From Octopus sinensis (taxonomy: Eukaryota): 49,166 nt of DNA. The position numbers and the translations under genes are program-made. This document shows, in pieces, positions 1 to 12,116 of the stretch. The stretch is taken from assembly GCF_006345805.1 (NCBI RefSeq), contig NW_021835485.1, positions 1-49,166 on the forward strand, given 5' to 3'. The first letter of the stretch is position 1. The number at the start of each line of letters is the position of its first letter. Below the pieces are notes generated by a model. It did not search any database. It was not told where the DNA came from and worked only from the letters and a program-made list of their open reading frames with translations.

Positions 1-16
1 ACCCTATATATATATA

Positions 17-263
17 TTGGGTTGGTGCGTAATTCATTGCGGCTTTGTTCAATAATTTTATTCTACAAAAAACAGCAGCATTTTAACAAAAACATCTTTA
101 AATGGTTATTCCGGAGCATATTCATCATCTACTTCAATTACTGCTTCCCATTTGCTTGGCAGACGGACCGAAATAATCATTTAAATATGTTTTTGTTAAA
201 TGTTGTTATTGTTTTTGTTCAATAAAATTTATTGAAACAAAGCCGCAATAATTATGCACCAAC

Positions 264-267
<4 letters not shown>
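17..267 (-). mobile_element. Internally deleted mariner (Tc1/mariner) element, 251 bp
   Basis: Inverted termini TTGGGTTGGTGCGTAATTCATTGCGGCTTTGTT... and ...AACAAAGCCGCAATAATTATGCACCAACCTAA, each flanked by TA. They resemble mariner TIRs of the TTAGGTTGGTGCA type. The minus strand keeps a transposase C-terminal remnant, LPSKWEAVIEVDDEY. Confidence 0.8.
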
Positions 268-309
<42 letters not shown>

Positions 310-310
<1 letters not shown>

Positions 311-476
311 GAGGGACTTCTTTCAGTTTTTGGTACCAAATCCACTGACAAGGCTTTGGTCAGCTCGCGGCTATAGTAGAAGACACTTACCCAAGGTGCC
401 ATGCAGTGGAACTGACCCCACAACCAAGTGGTTGGTAAGTAAGCAAGCTACTTAGGAAAAGCTACTCCTACGCCTA
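310..476 (-). mobile_element. SINE family A, 5' half
   Basis: Reverse complement of the tRNA-like head and the CCTTGGG(C/T)AAGTGTCTTCTACTATAGC segment seen in full copies; ends in the family's internal (TA)n tract. Confidence 0.8.
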
Positions 477-734
477 TGTAGATGAATAACCAATTTAACA
501 GCACGTTTTTACAACAAAATTTTAACAAATTTTAACAACAAAATCTTATATCGACCCCAAGCGCCATACGGACGCCGCTTGAGAAACACTGACTTGCAGG
601 CATTTTGTACTTGTATATGGATTATATACAACACACTTTATTTCCTATGATATTAAGTTTGAAATTCCTGGCATCGTTATAAGTATCAGTTCATATTTGA
701 AGATATCGATATAGATGTGATTTCGATGAACTGT

Positions 735-794
735 TTCCTGTAATCGCACTTCCGGTAATTACACTTCCTGTAATCACACTTCCTGTAATTACAT
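735..794. repeat. 4 x 15-bp tandem repeat containing ETS-type ACTTCC(G/T)G cores
   Basis: Units TTCCTGTAATCGCAC, TTCCGGTAATTACAC, TTCCTGTAATCACAC, TTCCTGTAATTACAT. Confidence 0.85.
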
Positions 795-1489
795 GACTAT
801 GTGCAACTGTTATCCGGTATAGCAACCGATGCGTCTTTGTTGCGTTCTCTTTTATTTCCCCTCCTAAAGAATTACCCTACGGAACAATATGCTTGTCTTG
901 TGTCACCCATCAAGCAGTAATACTCTTCGAGAGTTTTGTAGCTGTCATTACCAAACATTTTTCAACTGACACCGCTTTGGCACCCAGGCCACATTCCTAG
1001 CACACACCCTCCACTTGATCACCACCACTACCACATACTTTGACCACTTTCTGTAGAATTTTCGAAACAGTTCTATTTCACAAAAAAAAAATTAAGTAAT
1101 TAACCCATTATTTTGTTGCGTTTACATCCACAGAGCCTTTTAGCCAGGCCATTATTTCCCCACTTTCCTTCAACGACCACACCACTGGTTCTTTTCATTG
1201 ACACACCAGGGGTGGGGGTAGTACCGCCCACTTTGGGAACGATTGATTTACACAGAGACCACATACTGAACTTTTTGTTTTTGGGGTTTTTTTTTCAGAA
1301 GTGTAGCTCTCGAGGTGTTGTACTCTTGAAGTACCTTGCAGAAGAGAAATTTGAAAAAATTAGGAAATTATTAGACTGTAGAGAACTTGGCTTTTAATCC
1401 TGACTAGAATACACTCTGTGTTTTGAGGGAGAAATAAGCGAATTCAGATTGTTGGGAACAATAGCGAAAAATACTTTAAGTATTCTTTA

Positions 1490-1696
1490 TTCTCTAGTCA
1501 CAAGGCACAACAGATTGGGGGAGGGGGCCAGTTGATTAGATCGACTCCAGTTCGCAACTGCTACTTAATTTATCGACGCCGAAAGGATGAAAGGCAAAGT
1601 CGACCTCAGCGGAATTTGAACTCAGAACGTAACGGCAGCCGAAATACCTGCTAAGCATTTCGGCCGGCGTGCAAAAGGTTCTGCCAGCTCGCCGCC
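1490..1696 (-). mobile_element. SINE family B
   Basis: Reverse complement of GGCGGCGAGCTGGCAGAA...GAGTTCAAATTCCG (A/B-box-like head) followed by GTCGACTTTGCCTTTCATCCTTTCGG.GTCGATAAATTAAGTA. From memory this body resembles the Meta/MESC-type SINE domain. Confidence 0.8.
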
Positions 1697-2134
1697 ATAA
1701 TATAATTTGAATATTGAAAATATTACATAACTATTGTTAAAGATGGTTTTAAGTGTGACGGTAAACAACGAAAATCAAAATCATTTTTATTTGATGGATG
1801 AAAAATATTTAAAATATTACGAATTATAGTAGAAGATAGGAATTAAAAATTCATGGAAGCGCTGGCATGGTTACATGACTGGAAGCTCGCTTTTCAACCA
1901 TATTATTTCGGGCTCAGTCACAAGGCACGGGACCCTGGACAAGTGTCGTTTCTTAAATGATACCCTAATGCCACCTGAGAGAATTTAGTTAAAGACAACT
2001 TCGTGTAAGTCCGCTGTACATACATACATATATATACATATAATGAAAGAATAAAAGAATATATTTTTATGAATTAAAAATTATTAGGTGCTGTATAAAG
2101 AAAATATTGTTAAATTATTTCGTGTATACTTTTA

Positions 2135-2316
2135 TTCTTTATTAGCTTCAGTCATTTGACTGCGGCCATGCTGGAGCACCACTTTTAGTTGAACAAATCG
2201 CCCCCAGGACTTATTCTTTGTAAACCTAGTACTTATCCTGTCGGTCTCTTTTCCCGAACCGCTAGGTTATGGAGACGTAAACACACCAGCATCAGTTGTC
2301 AAGCGATCTTGAGAGG
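2135..2316 (-). mobile_element. SINE family A, 3' half
   Basis: Reverse complement of the family A tail (GGTGCTCCAGCATGGCCGCAGTCAAATGACTGAA). Confidence 0.8.
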
Positions 2317-2317
2317 A

Positions 2318-2354
<37 letters not shown>

Positions 2355-2361
2355 ATATATA

Positions 2362-2384
2362 TTGGGTTGGTACGTAATCATTGC
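2362..2384 (+). mobile_element. Isolated mariner TIR fragment
   Basis: TA|TTGGGTTGGTACGTAATCATTGC nearly matches the TIR at 17-40. Confidence 0.65.
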
Positions 2385-2548
2385 CCGTCACCTAGCGGTT
2401 CGGCAAAAAGAGACCGATAGAATAAGTACTGGGCTTACAAAGAATAAGTCCCGGGGTCGATTCGCTCGACTAAAGGCGGTGCTCCAGCATGGCCGCAGTC
2501 AAATGACTGAAACAAGTAAAAGAGTAAAGAGAGTAAAGAGTAAAAGAG
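2385..2548 (+). mobile_element. SINE family A, 3' half
   Basis: CCGTCACCTAGCGGTTCGGCAAAAGAGACCG...GACTGAAACAAGTAAAAGAG with a (GTAAA(A)GA)n tail. Confidence 0.85.
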
Positions 2549-2698
2549 TATATCAAAATAAACGAACACCATGAGGCTCTTTATGCTGCTCTGGAGAGAT
2601 TCAGAAAAAGTAGCTGTCAGTATTTTTAGGAAAACAAGCAACTTTGTGCGATGTCTCGTACGTCTCACTTCTTAGATTCTCTTCAGAATATTCAACAT

Positions 2699-2831
2699 AC
2701 ACTCACAAGGCATTGGTCGGCCCGGGGCTATAGCAGAAGACACTTGCCCAAGATGCCACGCAGTGGGACTGAACCCGGAACCATGTAGTTGGTTAGCAAG
2801 CTACTTACCACACAGCCAATCCTGCGCCTAT
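2699..2831 (-). mobile_element. SINE family A, 5' half
   Basis: Reverse complement of the family A head (AGGCGCAGG..TGGCTGTGTGGTAAG...GGTTCAGTCCC). Confidence 0.85.
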
Positions 2832-3044
2832 TGATATTAAAAAAAAAAAATGATAATGATTTTGAGATCTTTACCTTTTGACCGGCAGATTTAGAAAATA
2901 ATTTTTCGTAACAAAACACATTCAAACTACGTATACTAGTAGAATGTATCATATAAAACATCTTTTACTCTGCGTATTTTCGAAAAGTTTATATTTACGA
3001 AGTTATTTCGCGTTAAAGTTGTTGTATTTCGGCAATATTGGATT

Positions 3045-3262
3045 ATTGGTTTCAAATTTTGGCACAAGTCCAGCAATTTCGGAGGAGAGTCTAAGTTGAT
3101 TAAATCAAGCCCAATGTCTATCTGGTATTTATTTTATCGACCCCGAATAGATGAAGGGCAAATTCCACCTCGACTGATTTTGAACTCAGAACGTGAAGTC
3201 GGACGAAATGTCGCAAAGCATTTTGCCCGGCGTGCTCACAACACAGCTTGTACGCCGTCTTA
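3045..3262 (-). mobile_element. SINE family B, diverged
   Basis: Contains TTATCGACCCCGAATAGATGAAGGGCAAA...TTTGAACTCAGAACG, homologous to 1490-1696. Confidence 0.7.
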
Positions 3263-3443
3263 GAATAATAGGAATATTAACTAAAAACAAAAACAGAAAA
3301 AAAACATGCTGGTTTTACTAAAGTGAACGAAGTTAACATTTAAAATGGAATAAAATGCAATTTTCCTAAATGACATGTTCTGGAAATTCAAGGAATAAAT
3401 CCTTTTTAATGCTTACGAAAATATTTTTTATGTACACAGCAAG

Positions 3444-3852
3444 AGGCGCAGGAGTGGCTGTGTGGTAAGTAGCTTGTCTAACAGCCACATGGTTCCGGGT
3501 TCAGTCCCACTGCGTGGCACCTTGGGTAAGTGTCTTCTACTATAGCCTCGGGCGGACCAAAGCCTTGTGAGTGGATTTGGTAGACGGAAACTGAAAGAAG
3601 CCCGTCGTATATATGTATATATATATATAAATATTCGTGTGTGTGTTTGTGTCTGTGTTTTTGTCCCTTAGCATTGCTTGACAACCGATGGCTGTTGTTT
3701 ATGTCCCCTTACTTAGCGGTTCGGCAAAAGAGTCCGTAGAATAAGTACTGGGCTTACAAGAATAAGAAGTCCTGGGGTCGAGTTGCTCGATTAAAGCGGT
3801 GCTCCAGCATGGCCGCAGTCAAATGACTGAAACAAGTAAAAGAGTAAAAGAG
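3444..3852 (+). mobile_element. SINE family A, full length
   Basis: tRNA-like head with A box TGGCTGTGTGG and B box GGTTCAGTCCC, a CORE-like CCTTGGG(C/T)AAGTG segment, an internal (TA)n(TG)n tract and a GTAAAAGA tail. Confidence 0.9.
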
Positions 3853-4152
3853 AAAGAGCAAAAGCAGGTATTTCTCTAAATAAAGGTTTCGTTTTTAATG
3901 TTAATATGGGCGAGTTTTGCGATTGTGTAGTTTTTTACAAAATAAACTTAGCATATTTTTATATTCTTCCTGTTTTGACTGTTTCTGACTGGCAAGATTT
4001 TCTGAGCCATGCTAAACATCTTGGAAGTGTTGGTTTTTCTCTTCAGTACCGCTGATAGAGGCATCACGTGTGCATTCATTTCAATGACTGTCTGACAGGG
4101 TTGTGTCCGGAGAAGACATAAAGAATAAAATATGTATTAACTTCAAAATTTG

Positions 4153-4219
<67 letters not shown>

Positions 4220-4420
4220 GTCTGTCTGTCTGTCTGTCTATCTGTCTATCTATCTATATATCTATCTGTCTGTCTGTCTCTGTCTCTCTGTCTCTCTGTC
4301 TGCCTGTCCGTCTGCTTGTCTGTCTATCTATCTATATACATACATACATACATACCTACATACATACATACATACATACATACATACATACATACATACA
4401 TACATACATACATACATACA
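4153..4420. repeat. Compound microsatellite (TATC)n/(TGTC)n followed by (TACA)n
   Basis: Read directly from the sequence. Confidence 0.95.
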
Positions 4421-4424
4421 GATA

Positions 4425-4710
4425 TGGAGCACTCCGTCGGTTACGACGACGAGGGTCCCAGTTGACCTGATCAACGGAATAGCTTGAAACTAACGTGCAA
4501 GTGGCAGAGGACTCCACAGACACGTGTACCCTTAACGTAGTCCTCAGGGAGATTCAGCATGACACAGAGTGCGACAAGTCTGGCCCCTTTGAAATACAGG
4601 TACAACTCATTTTCACCAGCTGAGTAGACTCAACGCGTCGCCGGGAATTGAACTCACGAACTTACTATCGTGAGCTGAATGCCCTACCACACTATGCCAC
4701 GTGCCTTCAC
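4425..4710 (-). mobile_element. SINE family E (own tRNA-like head, family C tail)
   Basis: Head reads GTGAAGGCACGTGGCATAGTG...GTGAGTTCAATTCCCGG; the tail matches family C (GTACCTGTATTTCAAAGGG...CCTCGTCGTCGTAACCGACGGAGTGC). Confidence 0.75.
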
Positions 4711-4719
4711 AAACCACAA

Positions 4720-4823
4720 CACACACACACACACACACTACACACACGTAGATTAACATACACATCAATCTATCTATCTATCTATCTATTATCTATCTAT
4801 CATCTATCTATATATATATATAG

Positions 4824-4854
<31 letters not shown>

Positions 4855-4879
4855 ATATATATATATCCCCCTGTATATA

Positions 4880-4939
<60 letters not shown>

Positions 4940-5264
4940 TATATACATATATATATATATATATTAATCCACATAGATATATATTTATATAATATATACA
5001 CAAACTTTCACACGTATAATATAGAGAAATAGTGTGTGTGTGTGCGTGTGTGTACACGTGTGTACGTACATCATTTTACAACATCTATTGTATGTGTTTA
5101 TATATATGGATGAAATAATGTGTCTAGGTGAAGGATTTAATAACGTCGACTCAACACATTGTTCTATCCGTTATTAGATATTTCTATAGGCTATAATGGT
5201 TTCCTAACCATTGGCTGCATTCTCCTCTTCCCTCCCCTCTCTTACAATATATATATATACACAC

Positions 5265-5335
<71 letters not shown>
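4720..5335. repeat. Mixed (CA)n/(TATC)n/(TA)n microsatellite field
   Basis: Read directly from the sequence. Confidence 0.9.
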
Positions 5336-5336
<1 letters not shown>

Positions 5337-5739
5337 CTCTCTCCAGCTCTCTCTCTTTTATCTTTCATCTCCCACTCCGCCTCTTCCTCCCTCTCTCATT
5401 GTGTACCTTTATTTCTCTTTCAGTCATTACGTTGATATATCTATCTATATGTCTATCTAATATGGCGCATCCTAGTGTATCTCTCTTTATCCTCCTGCCT
5501 TATTTCCCCTCACTCACTCCACGTCCACTGTCTTTTCTACGCCTTTTTCTCTGTGCTTCTCTGTGTTTGTGTAAAGGATGTTTCGTCTCTTCTTTCAGCG
5601 CATGCGTATCCATTTGAAGCTATGACAAACACAAAAATAAGTTAACCGATAAACAAAGATATAAAAATGCTACTCGCAAACATCGTATAAATAGATAATT
5701 GGATAGGTGTTAGCATGAATGTACGTGTGTGTGAGTTAG

Positions 5740-5890
5740 TGTTTTGAGATGCATATATAAACGTGTGTATGTATGCATGCATGTATGTATGTATATATAT
5801 ATATATGTATATACACACATATATATATCTATATGTACACATATACGTATATATTCAATATATAGGCCCGTAATAATCTCTCTCTCTCTC

Positions 5891-5938
<48 letters not shown>

Positions 5939-6044
5939 GCGTAGAGTAAATAGTAAATGAGACAAATGAATAAATAACTGAATGGATACGTAGACTTGAC
6001 ATTGACAGTATATATATATATGTACATATATATATATACATATC

Positions 6045-6086
<42 letters not shown>

Positions 6087-6439
6087 TATATATATTTATA
6101 TATATATATGTATATATATAATATATACACACATAAATATATATATTATATTTATATAATATATATATATATATATATATATCGGCAGACAAATATAGAC
6201 AAATAAACAGTTGAATGGATAGGCAGACAGAAAGAAGAAAGGCGAAAGATTAAATCGATATATAGGTTTGTGTGTGGGGGTAGATGTGTGTATAAATAGC
6301 AAGAGAGAGAGAGAGCAAAAAGAGGGAGGGAGGGAGTTAGTTGATGGCGAGGGGGCGAGAGTGAGTGGGGATGCAAACGAAAGAAAGAGATGATGAAAAT
6401 GAGAGATAATGATTTATAGATAACAGATAAATTAGATAT

Positions 6440-6480
<41 letters not shown>

Positions 6481-6620
6481 ATCATAAATACAAACACACA
6501 AACATACATACATATATACATACTTACATACATACACACGCACACTTACATACATACATACATACATACATGCATACATACATACATACATATATACATG
6601 CATACATACGTACATAAATA
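5740..6620. repeat. Mixed (TA)n/(GA)n/(GATA)n/(TACA)n microsatellite field
   Basis: Read directly from the sequence. Confidence 0.9.
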
Positions 6621-6799
6621 TATTGCTGCCCAGATATTGCTAGATGAATAGATAGATCGGTTTCTGTATAGATATGTGTATGTATCCATATTGGGCACCT
6701 TTATATATATATAGCACACATACGCACGCACCTGTTTGTGCGTCTTTATGAATAAACAGAGGAATCTATCAAATTGATATAGAGCAATGCATAATTTAA

Positions 6800-7450
<651 letters not shown>

Positions 7451-8784
7451 TAGATGGATAGAATTACAAACACATAGGGACAAAGAGAGAGAGAGAGAGA
7501 GAAAGAGAGAGATAAGTAATGTTCGTCTGCTTCTTTGAACAGTTTTCGTAAAGGCAAAGACATTGTTTGAATCGTCTTTGATGTCGACGTTGGAGGAGTT
7601 GGATGATGATTGGGACGCGGCAGTGATAATAGCATAGGAGGAATGGAAAGACAGGGAACGGGTTTAGTTAGTTATCATAAACAAATATGATGAAAGGGCG
7701 TTGTAAGCGTCGTTGCAAGTACTTAGATGAAGGAAGTGGAGAATGTATGAGAGGAGGACGAGAAGTGGGAAAGCACCAGCGTTAAGTAGTGACACTGGTG
7801 AACTGAGCGAAATGAAATGGTAGTATTGGTAGTTGTCGTTATGGTGGTCGTCTTAGCATTGTTTTGTGGTGCTGGTTTTGTTGTTTGTATTAGTGTTTTT
7901 GCTATTGTCGTTGTTGGTATTGTCTTATTGTAGTTGTGGTGATGTTGTGTTGATACCGTTGGTGCTGTTGTGGTTGCGTCGGCGTTTGTGGTAGTACTAG
8001 TGTTGATGTTAGCAAACGTGCTGGTGCCGGTGGTAGTGTTGGAGTTGGGGATTTTGATGGTATGGCTAGTGGTTGGTGTTTGTGTTGGTGCTGTTGATTT
8101 TCGTGTTATTTGTGACGGTTGTCTTGGTGTTGTTATTGCTCGAATTTATGTTAACGTCGTTGTTTGTGACCGGAGGTTGGAGGTTGTCACTGTTTTGGGT
8201 GATGGAATTATTGGTGTGTTAGTGTTGTTGTTGCTGCTGTAGTTTGTGTTCACCATGTTGTTGTAGGTATTGTTGTTAAAAGTTGTTCCAATTGTACTGA
8301 TATCATCCTGTGTAGACACACCTTGTTTTTTAATATCTACGATAACATTGCTCAATGGGATACTTACTTCTATCATACAGCAACGTGTGATGTAAGGGAA
8401 TTCGGTTGCAGTTGGTAGCAGGTCGAGAAACCGCGACAAATTTCTTTTCTCTTTAGCTTTTTCTATTGTTGCGCGGGTTTCGTTGTTGTTTTTTTCGAGG
8501 TGTTTCTTGTAGGCTGAGGAAGTTGCGTAGGCGGTGTCTTGAGATTAGTGGCTGTTCTAAGTGCAACATTATCTGTCAACAATGTTGAATGTATCTTTTC
8601 TGGAGGTGTTGAATGAACTTATATGCGTAGTGTAGGGGAGAGGATGAACCTCAGTGCTACTTTCTTTAGTAAATCGAATCTTCTTCAAGTGTTCTTCACG
8701 TACCTTACCTAGGCTTGACAATCAGTCAGTTACTTTACAACACAACGTTTTGCGTCGTTTCATAAACTAATATTTAAGCATTAT

Positions 8785-8913
8785 GTAGTAGTAGTAGCAG
8801 TAGCAGCAGCAGCAGTAGTAGTAGTAGTAGTAGCAGTAATTGTAGTAGTAGTAGTAGTAGTAGTAGCGGCAGTAGTAGTAGTAGTAGTAGTAGTAGCGGT
8901 AGTAGTAGTAGCG

Positions 8914-8986
<73 letters not shown>
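8785..8986. repeat. (GTA)n/(GCA)n microsatellite
   Basis: Read directly from the sequence. Confidence 0.95.
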
Positions 8987-9303
8987 ATGAAAAGGAAGAG
9001 GATATGGGATGTTGTGCGTGTGTAAATATTTAGCAAGGAATGGTATAGAAATCTTTACTCATGTCGGCGAAGATTAGCATGGTACACGTGAAAACAATTT
9101 CGTTGCGAAAATAATGCGCCAGTGTGTGTTAGGTTCGTGAATAATGTGAGGGTTGTGTGTAGTCTGAATCGGATTCTAAGAGAGAAATCTTAGGAATTGG
9201 ACTCGGCTTTCCTTACCACTGAAGGTCAACGGTTATACGAAAAGAAATGAGATAGCCTAGACAATGGACTATTCAAAACATGATATTATAAAAAGCAAGC
9301 AAC

Positions 9304-9520
9304 GCGGTGAGCTGGCAGAATCGTTAGGACGCCGGGCAGAATGCTTAGCGGCATTTCGTGCCTTTCCGTTCTGAGTTCAAATTCCGCCGAGGTCAACTTT
9401 GCCTTTCATCCTTTCGGGGTTGATAGATTAAGTACCAGTTGAGCAATGGTGGTCGATACAATTGACATGCCCGCTACCTTGGAATTTTTCACGTTGTACC
9501 AAAATTTGAAATCATTATCG
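9304..9520 (+). mobile_element. SINE family B
   Basis: GCGGTGAGCTGGCAGAATCG...GAGTTCAAATTCCGCCGAGGTCAACTTTGCCTTTCATCCTTTCGGGG. Confidence 0.85.
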
Positions 9521-9528
9521 AAATCAGC

Positions 9529-9827
9529 CCCGGGCCGACCAATGCCTTGTGAGTGGATTTGGTAGACGGAAACTGAAAGAAGCCTGTCGTATATATGTAT
9601 ATATATATATAAGTGTGTGTGTATATGTTTGTGTGTCTGTGTTTTTCCCCCTAGCATTGCTTGGTGTGTTTACGTCCCCGTCACTTAGCGGTTCGGCAAA
9701 AAAGAGACCGATAGAATAAGTACTGGGCTTACAAAGAATAAGTCCCGGGGGTCGACTTGCTCGACTAAAGGCGGTGCTCCAGCATGGCCGTAGTCAAATG
9801 ACTGAAACAGGTATAAGAGTAAAAGAG
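9529..9827 (+). mobile_element. SINE family A, 5'-truncated
   Basis: Starts at GGGCCGACCAATGCCTTGTGAG and continues through the full family A tail. Confidence 0.85.
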
Positions 9828-10242
9828 TATATATTCTTGCTGGAGAGCTCGGCCACCCAGTTTTGTAAATTGCTGTGTTATAAAGTCTTGCATACGTCTG
9901 TTTTTTTTTCATGACCAAGAGCCTCGACTTTCAGCTATATACAAGAGAAATGATTGGATTTGTGCTATCAACTATTAAATAGACGTTGCGAAATGTCTGA
10001 TTGCACATACGCGGTTAATGAATTTGTCGTTTATTACTTAATTTTGGTTTTTGTTTTACTTTAGGCTTGTTACGTTGGTGACTTGACAGAGGATTGACAG
10101 TATCAAGGTGTATGCTCTCTGTATCAAGGTGAGCTTTGTCTTTCATTCTTTCGGGTGTCGATAGAATATGTACCAGTTGAGTATTGGGGTCGATGTAAAC
10201 GACTTAGCCTCTTCCACGAAATTGCTGCACTCGTGCCAAAAT

Positions 10243-10257
10243 TGTTATTATTATTAC

Positions 10258-10324
<67 letters not shown>

Positions 10325-10421
10325 GTTGTTGTTGTTGCTGTTGTTGTTATTATAATTATAATTATTATTATTATTATTATTATTATTATCATTATTATCA
10401 TCATCATCATCATCATCATCA

Positions 10422-10452
<31 letters not shown>

Positions 10453-10525
10453 CATTATTATTGTTGTTGTTGTTGCTGTTGTTGTTATTATAATTATAAT
10501 TATTATTATTATTATTATCATTATT

Positions 10526-10624
<99 letters not shown>

Positions 10625-10718
10625 GTTGTTGTTGTTGCTGTTGTTGTTATTATAATGATAATTATTATTATTATTATTATTATTATTATTGTTATTGTTG
10701 TTGTTGCTGTTGTTGTTA

Positions 10719-10768
<50 letters not shown>

Positions 10769-10802
10769 GTTATTGTTGTTGTTGTTGTTGCTGTTGTTGT
10801 TA

Positions 10803-10861
<59 letters not shown>
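10243..10861. repeat. Compound (ATT)n/(ATC)n/(GTT)n array with higher-order structure
   Basis: The motif GTTGTTGTTGCTGTTGTTGTTATT recurs five times inside the array. Confidence 0.9.
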
Positions 10862-10862
<1 letters not shown>

Positions 10863-10934
10863 GTATCAAGGTGTATGCTCTCTGAGTTCAAATCCTGCTT
10901 AGGTCAGCATTTCCTTTCGTCTTTTCGGGTGCGA

Positions 10935-11070
10935 TATAAAAGTTCCAATCCAGGACTGTTGGAGGATCGGACGAGATGCCCTGAGTTATTTATTTCAGCG
11001 GCGCCTTTCTTTAGGACCGCAACGCCCGAGGCAACACTGGTATCACGCTGTATCGACCCTACAGCAATTA
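10935..11070 (+). mobile_element. Possible CRE-like RLE LINE C-terminal remnant
   Basis: Frameshifted reading SYLFQRRLSL..QR-GNT resembles the CRE-type C-terminal motif FQRLS.A.QRGN. The match is short and degenerate. Confidence 0.25.
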
Positions 11071-11184
11071 CCTTTTCCTTGGAGGGCATTACAAGACTTC
11101 AAGTCATCTTGCTGTTCCTCGTGGACGATCGCTTAGACAGCATCGCAAAACTGCCAGTCCTCGTGCGCAGTTTTCAGATACTAT

Positions 11185-11594
11185 AGGCGCAGGAGTGGCT
11201 GTGTGGTAAGTAGCTTGCTTACCAACCACATGGTTCCGGGTTCAGTCCCACTGCGTGGCATCTTGGGCAAGTGTCTTCTGTTATAGCCTCGGGCCGACCA
11301 ATGCCTTGTGAGTGGATTTGGTAGACGGAAACTGAAAGAAGCCTGTCGTATACATGTATATATATATATGTATGTATGTGTGTGTGTTTGTGTGTCTGTG
11401 TTTGTCCCCCCTAGCATTGCTTGACAACCGATGCTGGTGTGTTTACGTCCCCGTCACTTAGCGGTTCGGCAAAAGAGACCGATAGAATAAGTACTAGGCT
11501 TACGTACAAAGAATAAGTCCCGGGGTCGAGTTGCTCGACTAAAGGCGGTGCTCCAGCATGGCCGCAGTCAAATGACTGAAACATGTAAAAGAGT
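11185..11594 (+). mobile_element. SINE family A, full length
   Basis: Complete head, body, internal microsatellite and tail. Confidence 0.9.
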
Positions 11595-11926
11595 ATCGTA
11601 AAGCTGTCAGTCTTCTTAAACCATCCTCTTGGACGGCAAGGCAACAAAATTACTCTGCAAAAGAGAAAAGAAACGAACGAGAACGCTGCCCAATCCTGTG
11701 CATAGAAATGTAGACATAGTCAACCCAGACTGACGATGTCCTTAGAAGGACTGTCATGATGTGCAGAGGGAGAGTAGACGAAGGAAGGAGGCGGAAGAAG
11801 GGAGGAGGAGGAGGAGTAGAGAAGAAGAAAGGGAATAATATATGACGAGACAAATAGGAAGAGGATAAAAGCAGACTCGGTACGTAGATATGATGTATTG
11901 ATTAGGAATATGAGAATAGAAATGTG

Positions 11927-12051
11927 AGAGTAGTAGTAGTAGTAGTAGTAGCAGCAGTAGTAGTAGTAGTAGTAGCAGCAGCAGCAGTAGTAGTATTAGT
12001 AGTAGTAGTAGCAGCAGTAGTAGTTGTAGTAGTAGCAGCAGTAGCAGTAGC

Positions 12052-12083
<32 letters not shown>

Positions 12084-12084
12084 C

Positions 12085-12116
<32 letters not shown>

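Noticed and set aside
551-591. Reverse complement of CAGTGTTTCTCAA, a hAT/Charlie-like terminus; similar CAGTGGTGGACTGG end near 23990-24002
   Set aside because: No partner TIR or TSD found for either, so they are too weak to call as elements.
3444-3520. SINE heads as tRNA genes (families A-F)
   Set aside because: They have A/B boxes but no complete cloverleaf or terminator, and continue into shared SINE bodies.
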